NCBI GenBank assembly: GCA_963829055.1 | Contig: CAWHHI010000020.1 | Coordinates: 96,001-160,000, forward strand | DNA length: 64,000 bases | Source: an uncultured Gemmatimonadaceae bacterium | GTDB taxonomy: Bacteria > Gemmatimonadota > Gemmatimonadetes > Gemmatimonadales > Gemmatimonadaceae | Direction of reading: 5' to 3' | Shown: one piece after another, positions 20,987 to 29,844 of the stretch | Layout of the letters: every line of letters begins with the position of its first letter | Position numbering within the stretch: the first letter of the stretch is position 1 | Made by a program: the position numbers and the translations under genes | Notes under the pieces: model-generated | What the model saw: only the letters and a program-made list of their open reading frames with translations | What the model was told of the DNA's origin: nothing | The model's database searches: none

Positions 20987-22459
20987 ATGGCAACAGACCT
21001 GTTCACCCCGATCAGGCTGGGCGGTCTGGAACTGCCCAACCGCATCGTGATGGCGCCGCTGACCCGCAACCGCGCGGGGCAGCCCGGCAACGTGCCACAG
21101 CCGATCAACGCCACCTACTACGCGCAGCGTGCCTCGGCGGGCCTCATCATCACCGAGGGCTCACCGATATCGGATATGGCGCACGGGTACCCCGGCACCC
21201 CCGGTATTCACAGCCCAGCGCAGGTGGCCGGCTGGAAGCGGGTGACGGACACGGTGCATGCCGAGGGCGGGCGCATCTTCCTGCAGCTGTGGCACGTCGG
21301 ACGGATCTCTCACCCGTCGCTGCTGCCTAACGATGCGCTGCCAGTGGCTCCCTCCGCCATCAAACCGGCGGGCAAGGCATTTACGCATCAGGGGAGGACG
21401 GATTTCGTCACGCCGCGTGCGCTGGAGACCTCGGAGATTCCGGCGCTGATCGAGGATTTCCGCGTTGCGGCGCACAATGCCACGACTGCTGGGTTTGACG
21501 GAGTGGAAGTGCATGGCGCCAACGGCTACCTGCTCGACCAGTTTCTCCGTGATGGCAGCAATCACAGAACGGACCAGTATGGCGGCTCAATCGCCAACCG
21601 AACGCGGCTGCTGCAGGAAGTGGTGGCGGCTGTGTGCGAGGTGTGGGGCGCCGATCGCGTCGGCGTCCGCATTTCGCCGCTCAACCAGTACAACGACATG
21701 CGCGATTCCAACCCGCAGGCGCTGTTCAACCACGTGGGCGATACGCTCCGTCCATTCGGTCTGGCCTATCTGCACGTGATGGAGCGTGACGTGCACGGCT
21801 CGGAGGTGCCGCTCGACTTCCCCGAGTTGCGGCGTCGTTTCAATGGGCATTACATGGCGAACGGCGGCTACGACAAGCGACGCGCCAACGCGGCAATCGC
21901 GGCGAGTCGAGCCGATTGCGTCGCGTTCGGCACATCGTACATCGCCAACCCCGATCTGGTCGAACGCTATGCCCAGGATGCGCCGCTCAACGTGGCTGAC
22001 CCCAGCACGTTCTACGGGGGTCGCGAACAGGGATACACGGACTATCCGGCGCTGACCGGCGACCACGTTGCGCGCTTGCGGTTACCATGCCGCGCGTCTC
22101 ACTGCGCCGCGGCTCCTGCCTCGCGCCTTTGTCGCAGCTCGGCCCGATACCGACCTGGCGGGAGCCCGCGTAGCCGCGAGAATGCGCGCGAGAATGCGAA
22201 CTCGGAGGTGTACCCGACGTCGCGCGCGATCATGCTCACGGCCTTGTCCGTCTCGCGCAGGTGCCGCGCGGCCAGCTCCATGCGCCAGCGCGTGAGATAC
22301 GAAAGCGGTGGCTCGCCGACCAGGGTCGAGAAGCGGCGCGTCAGTGTGGCCCGCGACAGGCTCACCTCGCGCGCGAGGGTCTCGATCGTCCATGGCGCTG
22401 CGGGGTCCGCGTGCAAGATCGAGAGCGCGCGCCCAATGGTCGGGTCACGCAGTGCCTGA
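20987..22459 (+). CDS. Old yellow enzyme / alkene reductase (NemA-like); homology ends near 22055 and the ORF reads on
   Basis: NRIVMAPLTR, QLWHVGR, EVHGANGYLLDQF, GYTDYP. Confidence 0.92.
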   Translation: MATDLFTPIRLGGLELPNRIVMAPLTRNRAGQPGNVPQPINATYYAQRASAGLIITEGSPISDMAHGYPGTPGIHSPAQVAGWKRVTDTVHAEGGRIFLQLWHVGRISHPSLLPNDALPVAPSAIKPAGKAFTHQGRTDFVTPRALETSEIPALIEDFRVAAHNATTAGFDGVEVHGANGYLLDQFLRDGSNHRTDQYGGSIANRTRLLQEVVAAVCEVWGADRVGVRISPLNQYNDMRDSNPQALFNHVGDTLRPFGLAYLHVMERDVHGSEVPLDFPELRRRFNGHYMANGGYDKRRANAAIAASRADCVAFGTSYIANPDLVERYAQDAPLNVADPSTFYGGREQGYTDYPALTGDHVARLRLPCRASHCAAAPASRLCRSSARYRPGGSPRSRENARENANSEVYPTSRAIMLTALSVSRRCRAASSMRQRVRYESGGSPTRVEKRRVSVARDRLTSRARVSIVHGAAGSACKIESARPMVGSRSA

Positions 22460-23064
22460 AGCCAGGACGTCCCGGAGCAGTCCTCGGTGCCTAACCACGC
22501 GCGGATCACCTGAACGAACAGGACGTCGATCAGCCGGTCGATCACGGTCGCCGACCCGGACGTTCTTGCGGCGAGCTCGTGACGGAGGACGCGTAGCGTC
22601 GCCTGCACGGGGCTCCCCTCCGCCATCTCCTGTCCCGACAGGAACAGCACGGGTGGCATCAGCGACAGGAGCGGTTGTGCGACCTCGTGATCGTACTCGA
22701 ACCCCGCGCAGATGACGTGTGTCGAGCTCCCCCCGCCGGGGCCGTCGAACACGCATTCGTGCGCGGGATTCCCAGCTTGCCCCTCGGCGACCTTGCCCCA
22801 CGTTCGCGTCGGTCCGGCAGGAGCGCTCGCCACGATATGCGCTGCTCCGGTCGCCAGCAGTACGACGTCGCCCGGAAGCTGTTCGATTGGCGGTTGTCCT
22901 TTGACGCGCACCCAACACACGCCGGCGGTCACGGCGTGCAGCGTCGCCTTCGGGGTCCGCGGAAGGCTAATGCCCCACGGTCCTCGGGCGCGCAGGTTCG
23001 CCATCACGGCGCCACGCACACGCAGCACGTCGAGGACGTCGTCGAGCGGGCAACGGAGCTCCAT
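22099..23064 (-). CDS. AraC-family regulator (cupin plus HTH)
   Basis: PWTIETLAREVSLSR, YLTRWRMELA, VGYTSEFAFSRAF. Confidence 0.93.
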   Translation of the reverse strand: MELRCPLDDVLDVLRVRGAVMANLRARGPWGISLPRTPKATLHAVTAGVCWVRVKGQPPIEQLPGDVVLLATGAAHIVASAPAGPTRTWGKVAEGQAGNPAHECVFDGPGGGSSTHVICAGFEYDHEVAQPLLSLMPPVLFLSGQEMAEGSPVQATLRVLRHELAARTSGSATVIDRLIDVLFVQVIRAWLGTEDCSGTSWLQALRDPTIGRALSILHADPAAPWTIETLAREVSLSRATLTRRFSTLVGEPPLSYLTRWRMELAARHLRETDKAVSMIARDVGYTSEFAFSRAFSRLRGLPPGRYRAELRQRREAGAAAQ

Positions 23065-23089
23065 GCCAGGAAATATAGCCGAACAATGT

Positions 23090-23153
23090 CCATTCGCTGA
23101 ATGCGTGAGCCGAATGGGCAAAAAGACGCCACAGACAGTCATTCAGCGGCTCG
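23090..23153 (+). repeat. Direct repeat copy 2
   Basis: Matches 20010-20073; lies immediately upstream of the araC-type gene. Confidence 0.85.
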
Positions 23154-23250
23154 GCGTCGTCGGTTTGCTCGACCGGGCGTGACGGGCCACGTCGTCAGAT
23201 CATGCTGCTCCGTAGACTGAGTATCGAACGCTCGAGGATCTGTGGAAACC

Positions 23251-23341
23251 GCCTAACGCATAAGTTGAGCTGCAAGCGAACGCAGTAAGAGCGCGGCCCG
23301 CCGCTTCGGTAGCCCCCTTGTCAATGCAACGCACGTTAGGC
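23251..23341 (-). mobile_element. Complete attC site
   Basis: Minus strand GCCTAAC-gtgc-GTTGCATTGACAAG...CTTGCAGCTCAAC-ttatgc-GTTAGGC. Confidence 0.8.
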
Positions 23342-23423
23342 GACCGGTCACGATGCCGACTTCGTGTCGGCGCTGCTGATAGGAAGGCCTGCATACGCTG
23401 CTTACCCCAGAATATGGGCATTC

Positions 23424-23513
23424 GCCTAACGCCTGAAGTTCACCTGCAAGGTTGATCCGGCGGCACAACCGCCAGCACGATAGCGCCCTTGGCGAGTGCA
23501 ACGCACGTTAGGC
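23424..23513 (-). mobile_element. Complete attC site
   Basis: Minus strand GCCTAAC-gtgc-GTTGCACTCGCCAAGG...CCTTGCAGGTGAAC-ttcaggc-GTTAGGC. Confidence 0.8.
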
Positions 23514-23523
23514 GGTTACCGCG

Positions 23524-23746
23524 CTACGCCGCCACGAACTCTGGGACGGTGATCCGGATGTCGCGACAGATCTGGCGGAGTAGTGTGGGTGAGATATCTC
23601 GCCCCCGCGTGCATCGGGACAGTCGTGACGCGGCCGTCCGTGTGCCGAAACTGTTTGTGCGAGCCGCGTTGGCGGACCTCGACGAACCCGAGTCGCTCAA
23701 GGCGGGCGACCACTTCGCGCGGCTTGAGGACGGGGACGGACCCCAT
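23524..23746 (-). CDS. hicA: HicA-family toxin (frameshift near 23605)
   Basis: [29 protein letters not shown] then [10 protein letters not shown] in the adjacent frame. Confidence 0.9.
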
Positions 23747-23758
23747 GGTGTCGGCGGC

Positions 23759-23968
23759 CTACGCCACGAGGATAGTCTGCGTTCCAACGAACTCCGCCTC
23801 GAGCGGCGGGTCCCCGTCCTCCAGGAGCATCGCGATTACCTCGCGGAGGTTGGCATGCAACTCGTCGAGGCTGTCCCCCTGAGTGTGTGCCCCCGGAAAC
23901 CCGGGAACGTACCCGACGAAGACACCCGTCTCTGGATCGCGCTCAATTACGGCGGTGTAAGTGCGCAT
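23759..23968 (-). CDS. hicB: Short HicB-family antitoxin
   Basis: YTAVIERD...VPGFPGAHTQGDSLDELHANLREVI. Confidence 0.9.
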   Translation of the reverse strand: MRTYTAVIERDPETGVFVGYVPGFPGAHTQGDSLDELHANLREVIAMLLEDGDPPLEAEFVGTQTILVA

Positions 23969-24025
23969 AATAGCTGAACTTATGCGGCATTCCAATCCAT
24001 GCAAGTCGATGGGTCCGGTGCATCC

Positions 24026-24243
24026 GCCTAACGCTCATCGTGCGGCGTTCGTGAAACGGATAACGGGGCGTGACCGCGCGAATACAGCGCTTCTTCGCCG
24101 TCTAATTCACGACAATGCGGCGAGGCTCAGGCCGCAGATGTAACCCCCGTCGTGCCAACCTGATACTTCCGAGCGACGCCACCGTCCGTGTTAGGCGGCG
24201 AGGCTCGCCGTATAACACAATGGCGACAGAGCACGTTTCGAAC
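24026..24243 (-). mobile_element. attI-like module, copy 2
   Basis: Same blocks and spacing as 8998-9216; its GTTAGGC core opens the hicBA cassette. Confidence 0.5.
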
Positions 24244-24402
24244 ACACCCTGACCCCGCCGCTCTACATGCCGGACGCCTAACGCGCCATACCACCGGACG
24301 CCGGGTGCACAAGCGGGGCGGCTATCGTGTCAGCCCACGAAGCCTCGGCAGCCAGCACGATGGCTATTCCCAGCTACGCTGCAAGCTGATGTCTGGCCCA
24401 TT

Positions 24403-24810
24403 CTAGCGCGCGCGAACAGTCCGGACGTCGCGAAACTTCGTATTGTCCGCGAGTCGCAGTTCACCAACGAGACTGTCATTGCGTACGCGAAACTGCCAGG
24501 TGCCCTGCGGCATCACGCAGGTCAGCGGCCCATTTGTCGACGCGAAACGGCAGGTGAGGACCCCCATCTCCTGTTCCTCGCCGCGTACGATCTTTCGCGC
24601 GTCCACCGTCAGGCTGTCCGCGGCGTTCGTATGTGCTATCCGATAGACGACGATTTCGTCGTTGCAGGCCGAGGGGCGCACCAGGCACACCGAGGTACCG
24701 CGCCAGGTGCCCACTGGGGTCGCCGCCGCTGGCTGTGGAGATGGCGATTGAGCGCCCACGCCGCGCGCGAGCATGCTCACGACGACAAGGCCAGTAAGCC
24801 GAATCCTCAT
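24403..24810 (-). CDS. Hypothetical secreted protein
   Basis: Signal peptide MRIRLTGLVVVSMLARGVGAQ; GTWRGTSVC, four Cys. Confidence 0.7.
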   Translation of the reverse strand: MRIRLTGLVVVSMLARGVGAQSPSPQPAAATPVGTWRGTSVCLVRPSACNDEIVVYRIAHTNAADSLTVDARKIVRGEEQEMGVLTCRFASTNGPLTCVMPQGTWQFRVRNDSLVGELRLADNTKFRDVRTVRAR

Positions 24811-24866
24811 AGCCCCGCCTATCCTCACGTCCATTGGGATGCACCCCGTCGACATTGATGGTTCGT

Positions 24867-25217
24867 CTACGTTCGCAGGATCTTCTGCATGGGCCTGCCC
24901 TTCGCCAGTTCATCCACCAACTTGTCCAAGTATCGGATGTTGCGCATCAGCGGATCCTCGATCTCCTCGATTCGGACGCCGCAGATGATGCCGGTGATCT
25001 TGCTGGCATTTGGATGCAGCGCTGGCGCTTCGCTGAAGAAGGTCTCGAAGTCCTTCTTTCGTTCAATCTGCTCCGCGAGCGCGCTCGGACTGTAGCCCGT
25101 CAGCCAGCAGATGACTTCGTCCACTTCCTGCCGCGTGCGTCCTTTCGCTTCGGCTTTCTGGACGTAGTGGGGATATACGCTGGCGAAGGAAGTGGTGAAG
25201 ATCCGGTGCTTCTTCAT
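24867..25217 (-). CDS. DUF2200 family protein
   Basis: [49 protein letters not shown]. Confidence 0.9.
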   Translation of the reverse strand: MKKHRIFTTSFASVYPHYVQKAEAKGRTRQEVDEVICWLTGYSPSALAEQIERKKDFETFFSEAPALHPNASKITGIICGVRIEEIEDPLMRNIRYLDKLVDELAKGRPMQKILRT

Positions 25218-25285
25218 GGGTTCCTCGGGTAGGCGCGGTCGAGCTCATACAACACCGCGGCGCCAGCCGCCGCTACCATCAAACA

Positions 25286-26905
25286 CTAGGCCCTGACCGT
25301 TCGACGAGCGCGGTCCTCCTCCCACTCGACGAATGGGCCATCGAAGTCCGTGAGCTGCGTGCCGTCGAACGACCACACGCGCGTTGCTACCTCGCGCAGG
25401 AACGCGCGGTCGTGACTCACCAGGAGCACGGAGCCTTCGTATTCGTCGAGCGCATCCTCGAGCGCCTCGATGTTCTCGACATCGAGATGGTTGGTCGGCT
25501 CATCGAGAATCAGGAGATTGGCACGCGCGAGCGTCATGAGCGCGAGCGCCACGCGAGCCCGCTCGCCACCGCTCAGTGTGCCGATCTCGCGTTGCACTTC
25601 GTCGCCGCTGAATCCGAACGCACCGAGACAATTCTGCACCTGGCCCCGGCTCCAGAGCGGCCGCTGATCCTGGATCGCATCAAACAGCGACTTGCGGAGC
25701 GGGAGGTCCGCGAGATCCTGCCGAAACCACGCGGGGGTGATCGATCCGCCGATCCTTGCCTCGCCACCCGCCGGTGCGCGATCGCCAATGATCGTGGAGA
25801 TGAACGATGACTTGCCCGCGCCGTTAGGCCCGACGAGCGCGACGAAGTCGTTCCGTCGGAGCACCGCCGTGAAATCCTCCACGAGGACGCGTCCGGGGAC
25901 TTCCACGCGCAGGTCCTCGATCGCGACCACCTGGTCGCCGCCGCGTTCCGCGGTTTCGAACTGCAGCGACATCGTCGCTGGGTCGCCAGGCGGCGGTGCG
26001 AGACGCGGCAGGCGCTCGAGTCGCTTGCGCTTGCCCTTGGCCTGGAAGGAGTTGACGCCGGCCAGGTTGCGACGGATGTACTCCTCTTCCTTCTTCACGT
26101 ACGCCCGCTGCTTTTCCAGCTCGCGCTCACGCGTTAGGCGTCGCTCGGCGCGCTGCGGGACGAACTGGCTGTAGTTCCCTCTGTACCACTCGCTCGTGCG
26201 CGCTTCCAGGTGCAGGATGTGCGTGGCGATGGCATCGAGGAACGCCCGGTCATGCGAGACGACGATGACCGTCTCGTTCGCGTCGCCGAGCCATTCCTGG
26301 AGCCACGTCGTGGTGTCGAGGTCGAGGTGGTTCGTGGGCTCGTCGAGGAGGAGCAGGTCAGCGGGCGCGATGAGCTGCGCCGCCAGGCCGACGCGTCCCC
26401 GCTCGCCACCCGAGAGCGACGACACCGGGCGCACCTTGGACTCCTCGGCGTCGAAGCCGAGGCCCTGAAGCACCGCGTCGACGCGAGCGTGGTAGATGTA
26501 GCCGCCCAGGTCCGCGAAGCGCTCCTGGTCGTTCCCGAACTGTTCGAGGAATTCGTCCGTGACGCGGTCGCCGAGCTCACCCAACTCGATGGCCTGTTCG
26601 GCGATTCGCTTCTCGAGAGCGATCACTTCGCGCCACGCCGCCGCGCCCGCGTCCCACACCGTGGTCGCGCCCTCGAAGGCGCGGTGCTGGTCGAGCAGGG
26701 CATGCCGAAGTCCCGGCTTGCGTGCAACGCTCCCCACCGTGGGTTTGAGATCCCCGGTGATGAGTTTGAAGATCGACGACTTGCCAGCGCCGTTGCGTCC
26801 AATGATGCCCCACCGCTCGCCGTCGGCGACGGTGAAGGTGATGTTCTTGAAGAGTTCCGTCGCGCCGAAGGAGACGCCGACGTTGGCGAGCGAGAGAAGG
26901 GTCAC
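25286..26905 (-). CDS. ABC-F family ATPase
   Basis: Two ABC domains (GRNGAGKS, GPNGAGKS, LSGGE, DEPTNHLD), no TM segments. Confidence 0.95.
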   Translation of the reverse strand: MTLLSLANVGVSFGATELFKNITFTVADGERWGIIGRNGAGKSSIFKLITGDLKPTVGSVARKPGLRHALLDQHRAFEGATTVWDAGAAAWREVIALEKRIAEQAIELGELGDRVTDEFLEQFGNDQERFADLGGYIYHARVDAVLQGLGFDAEESKVRPVSSLSGGERGRVGLAAQLIAPADLLLLDEPTNHLDLDTTTWLQEWLGDANETVIVVSHDRAFLDAIATHILHLEARTSEWYRGNYSQFVPQRAERRLTRERELEKQRAYVKKEEEYIRRNLAGVNSFQAKGKRKRLERLPRLAPPPGDPATMSLQFETAERGGDQVVAIEDLRVEVPGRVLVEDFTAVLRRNDFVALVGPNGAGKSSFISTIIGDRAPAGGEARIGGSITPAWFRQDLADLPLRKSLFDAIQDQRPLWSRGQVQNCLGAFGFSGDEVQREIGTLSGGERARVALALMTLARANLLILDEPTNHLDVENIEALEDALDEYEGSVLLVSHDRAFLREVATRVWSFDGTQLTDFDGPFVEWEEDRARRTVRA

Positions 26906-28377
26906 GCGGAGATGGAGGAAGGCTCAGGGAAGCTTTGGCGGGGCGCTGCTGCACGTGCACTCGGCCCCTTCATGCGCGACACGTCTCGAGCCACGCCGGC
27001 CAGCATGGAGTCGAGCTTCGCGCGATCGAGGTATCGCCCGCGCACCACGATACCATGGATGCGCCTGGTCGCGCTGATGTCGGCGACCGGGTTGCCGTCG
27101 AGGATCACCAGGTCCGACGCGGACCCTCGCGACAGCACGCCATGGCGCGACTCCCTGCCGAGCCAGCGCGCCCCGTTGATCGTCGACGCCTGCAGAGCCT
27201 GGAGCGGCGTCAACCCGGCCTTTACGAGGAGTCCCAGTTCATCGTGCAGGCCAATTCCGGGATAGTCGTACGAGTTCAGGAATCCGGCGTCGGTGCCGGC
27301 CAGGATCAGCACGCCCGATTGCTGCAGCAATGGAAGCTTCGAGCTCGAGAACTCGTAGTTCGCGTGCCGTCTCGCGATCGCTTCTGGCGTCGAGCCGGCC
27401 TGTCGCTCGATGCGCCAGGCATACGTCGCCCGCAGTCCGGGTCCAATGTACTTCAGGTATTCGTCCCTGGTGTGGTCCTCGCTGTCGAGCCAGGCCAGCG
27501 TGCGACTGATGTTGAGCGTCGGCGTAATCGCGGTGCCTCGTTCCGCCATGAATCGGTAGAGCGCGACCGCATTTGCCGAGTCGAATGATGACTGGTTGTC
27601 GGCGCCCGGCGCCCTCGGGATTCCCTCGCTGCCTCCGCGGATGGCGTACGACAGGTGTTCGATCGAGCCGAGTCCGAGCTCCACGGCCTCCCTGACAGGC
27701 ACGCCCGAAGGAATGTGCGCCGAGCTCTTCATGCCGCGCCGCCGGATCTCGCCTAACGCGTACCGGAACAGCTCGGGCTTGAGGGTGTTGTCCGTGAGTT
27801 TCACGAAGTCGACGCGCAGCCGCTGTAGGTTGTCGAGCGCGCTGTCCACGCCGGCCTGAGTCTCCACTTCGGTGTCGCCAGGCCAGATCGAGTTCTTCCC
27901 TTCGATCTTCGGGCCTGACGTGAAGATCATCGGACCGTCCAGCGACCCTCGGGCGACGGAATCACGCCAGGCCAGCACCGTCGACGACAGGTCTCCTGCG
28001 GCGTCGCGAACCGCCGTCACACCATGCGCGAGATACAGCGGCAGCAGCACGCGGTTCTCGTTGATCAGCGTGTCGCCGCCGCCGAAGTGCATGTGCATGT
28101 CCCACAGTCCGGGAATGACATGGCGCCCCGCGGCATTGATGACCTGCCGGGCGCGAAAGCGCGAGCCCTCGGCGGAATCGCCGATCGCGACGATCGTGTC
28201 CCCTCTGATGGCGATGACGCGACCCGGCGTGATGGCACCTGATCGCGTGTCCACCACGCGCGCCCGGGTGATGAGAAGGTCGACCGGGGTTCCTTGCGGC
28301 GCGCGGGCAGCCAGCGGCACCACCATTCCCGCCGCGACCAGCCCGACCATCGATACTGCATGGAGCCTGCGCATCAT
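26902..28377 (-). CDS. Secreted metal-dependent amidohydrolase
   Basis: PGLWDMHMH, AGTDAG, DLVILDGNP. Confidence 0.9.
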   Translation of the reverse strand: MMRRLHAVSMVGLVAAGMVVPLAARAPQGTPVDLLITRARVVDTRSGAITPGRVIAIRGDTIVAIGDSAEGSRFRARQVINAAGRHVIPGLWDMHMHFGGGDTLINENRVLLPLYLAHGVTAVRDAAGDLSSTVLAWRDSVARGSLDGPMIFTSGPKIEGKNSIWPGDTEVETQAGVDSALDNLQRLRVDFVKLTDNTLKPELFRYALGEIRRRGMKSSAHIPSGVPVREAVELGLGSIEHLSYAIRGGSEGIPRAPGADNQSSFDSANAVALYRFMAERGTAITPTLNISRTLAWLDSEDHTRDEYLKYIGPGLRATYAWRIERQAGSTPEAIARRHANYEFSSSKLPLLQQSGVLILAGTDAGFLNSYDYPGIGLHDELGLLVKAGLTPLQALQASTINGARWLGRESRHGVLSRGSASDLVILDGNPVADISATRRIHGIVVRGRYLDRAKLDSMLAGVARDVSRMKGPSARAAAPRQSFPEPSSISA

Positions 28378-28456
28378 CCTTCCTTGCGGGATCGTGCTTC
28401 AACACTCATGGAACCGTGCCGCGGTGTGACGCCCGAGTGCAGACGGCCCTGGAGAG

Positions 28457-29143
28457 TCAAGAGCGCGACCAGTTTGCTACAACTTGCTCGATCGTGGAAC
28501 GAACATGGGCGCGGGCCTCATGCCTGTCCCAGCCGGCGCCGAGCAGGCGATCGTAGTCGGTGTGAACGTGGCGAATGTGAGCGTTCACGGCCAGAGTAAT
28601 CGCCTCGGCGTCGAAGCGTTTGGCCTCGGCTGTCCGTCCAACTCTCCCCGAGTACTTGCGGCAGGCGTGTTCCGCGATCGCGACCGACTCCGGCTCGGGA
28701 CAGCTCGGATACAGAGCGCGAACGTGTCGAGCAAACTCGTCTCGGTAGTGCGCGTCGAGTTGAGCGTCACGTTCTGCTCGCCGCTCACGCATGCGTGCCC
28801 GAGCGTCGGCATCGGCGAGACACTCCTGCTCGGCTCGCGCCAGCGCGTTCTCCTCAACCAGGACTCCCTGACGTTCGTAGCGGTTCCGAGCACGACTGAA
28901 GCGGACGACGACCGCTTTCAAGGACGAATAGCGGCCGGCCCGTCGGGTCAGCGCTGCGTCGCCGCTGGGTAGGAAGACGAGGTGAGCCAGGTCGGCGCAA
29001 GAGAGACAGAGCGGACGCTCGCCCTCGAGGCGAAGCCATCGACCCTTGCCGAGCTCCTCGCCGCACTCGGCGCAGGTCGAATCGCGAAGGATCTCGAAGA
29101 CGACAAGATCCTCAGGTTTTGCTTTCTGCGGAGAGGAAGGCAT
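28457..29143 (-). CDS. DUF2293-domain protein with N-terminal CxxC pairs
   Basis: SGRVGRT...AVNAHIRHVHTDYDRLL; CAEC...CLSC. Confidence 0.85.
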   Translation of the reverse strand: MPSSPQKAKPEDLVVFEILRDSTCAECGEELGKGRWLRLEGERPLCLSCADLAHLVFLPSGDAALTRRAGRYSSLKAVVVRFSRARNRYERQGVLVEENALARAEQECLADADARARMRERRAERDAQLDAHYRDEFARHVRALYPSCPEPESVAIAEHACRKYSGRVGRTAEAKRFDAEAITLAVNAHIRHVHTDYDRLLGAGWDRHEARAHVRSTIEQVVANWSRS

Positions 29144-29196
29144 ACGCAGTGAACGACAAACGCAATGCCGTCGGCCACGCCGGTCGATACGAGTTG

Positions 29197-29637
29197 CTAG
29201 TGCGCGGCGCGTTGTGCCGCGACGTAGTCGCGGAGCACGTCTGCCTCTGTCTCGAGCTGCCGAAGGCGATCCTTGAGGAGGTCGCCCACCGAGAGCACGC
29301 CGACGAGCTTGCCCTCGTCGAGCACCAAAAAGTGTCGCTGCCGCTGCGCCGTCATGCGATGCATCGCGTCTGCGATCGCGTCGTCGGCCTCGCATGTGGG
29401 CGCCGGGCGCATCAGGTCGTGAACACGACGCGAGCCAAACGTGAACGGCGTTTCGTGCGCGGCGCGCACGACGTCACGCTCGGCGAGAATTCCGACGACG
29501 CTGCCGTCATCGGCGAGCACCGGCAGACCACCGATGTTGTGTCTCATGAGCAGGCCGATTGCCGTGCTCAGGTCGTCTTTCGCCTGAACGGTAATGACCT
29601 TGTCCGCCTTGGCCCTGATCAGATCTCGAACGCGCAT
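29197..29637 (-). CDS. CBS-domain protein
   Basis: HNIGGLPV, GILAERD, GVLSVGDL. Confidence 0.9.
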   Translation of the reverse strand: MRVRDLIRAKADKVITVQAKDDLSTAIGLLMRHNIGGLPVLADDGSVVGILAERDVVRAAHETPFTFGSRRVHDLMRPAPTCEADDAIADAMHRMTAQRQRHFLVLDEGKLVGVLSVGDLLKDRLRQLETEADVLRDYVAAQRAAH

Positions 29638-29844
29638 ACGTGCCTCGAATTCTTATGTGCCCATCTATCAATATAGAGGCGTCGCGAGCAGGAGGTATCG
29701 CCCGAACGTACCATGACACCGTCTCGTGTGGCGGCCATTTCCACGATACGAAAACGGGCGAGAGGTGGGTGAATGGCGCGCGAAGCGGCCCCGAGGATAG
29801 GGCTCGCGCCGAGATGAACGGTGAGCCGGCACCCTGTCTCGTGC

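Noticed and set aside
23200..23421. 73-aa ORF in the short cassette
   Set aside because: No RBS, runs through the attC site and has no recognisable motif
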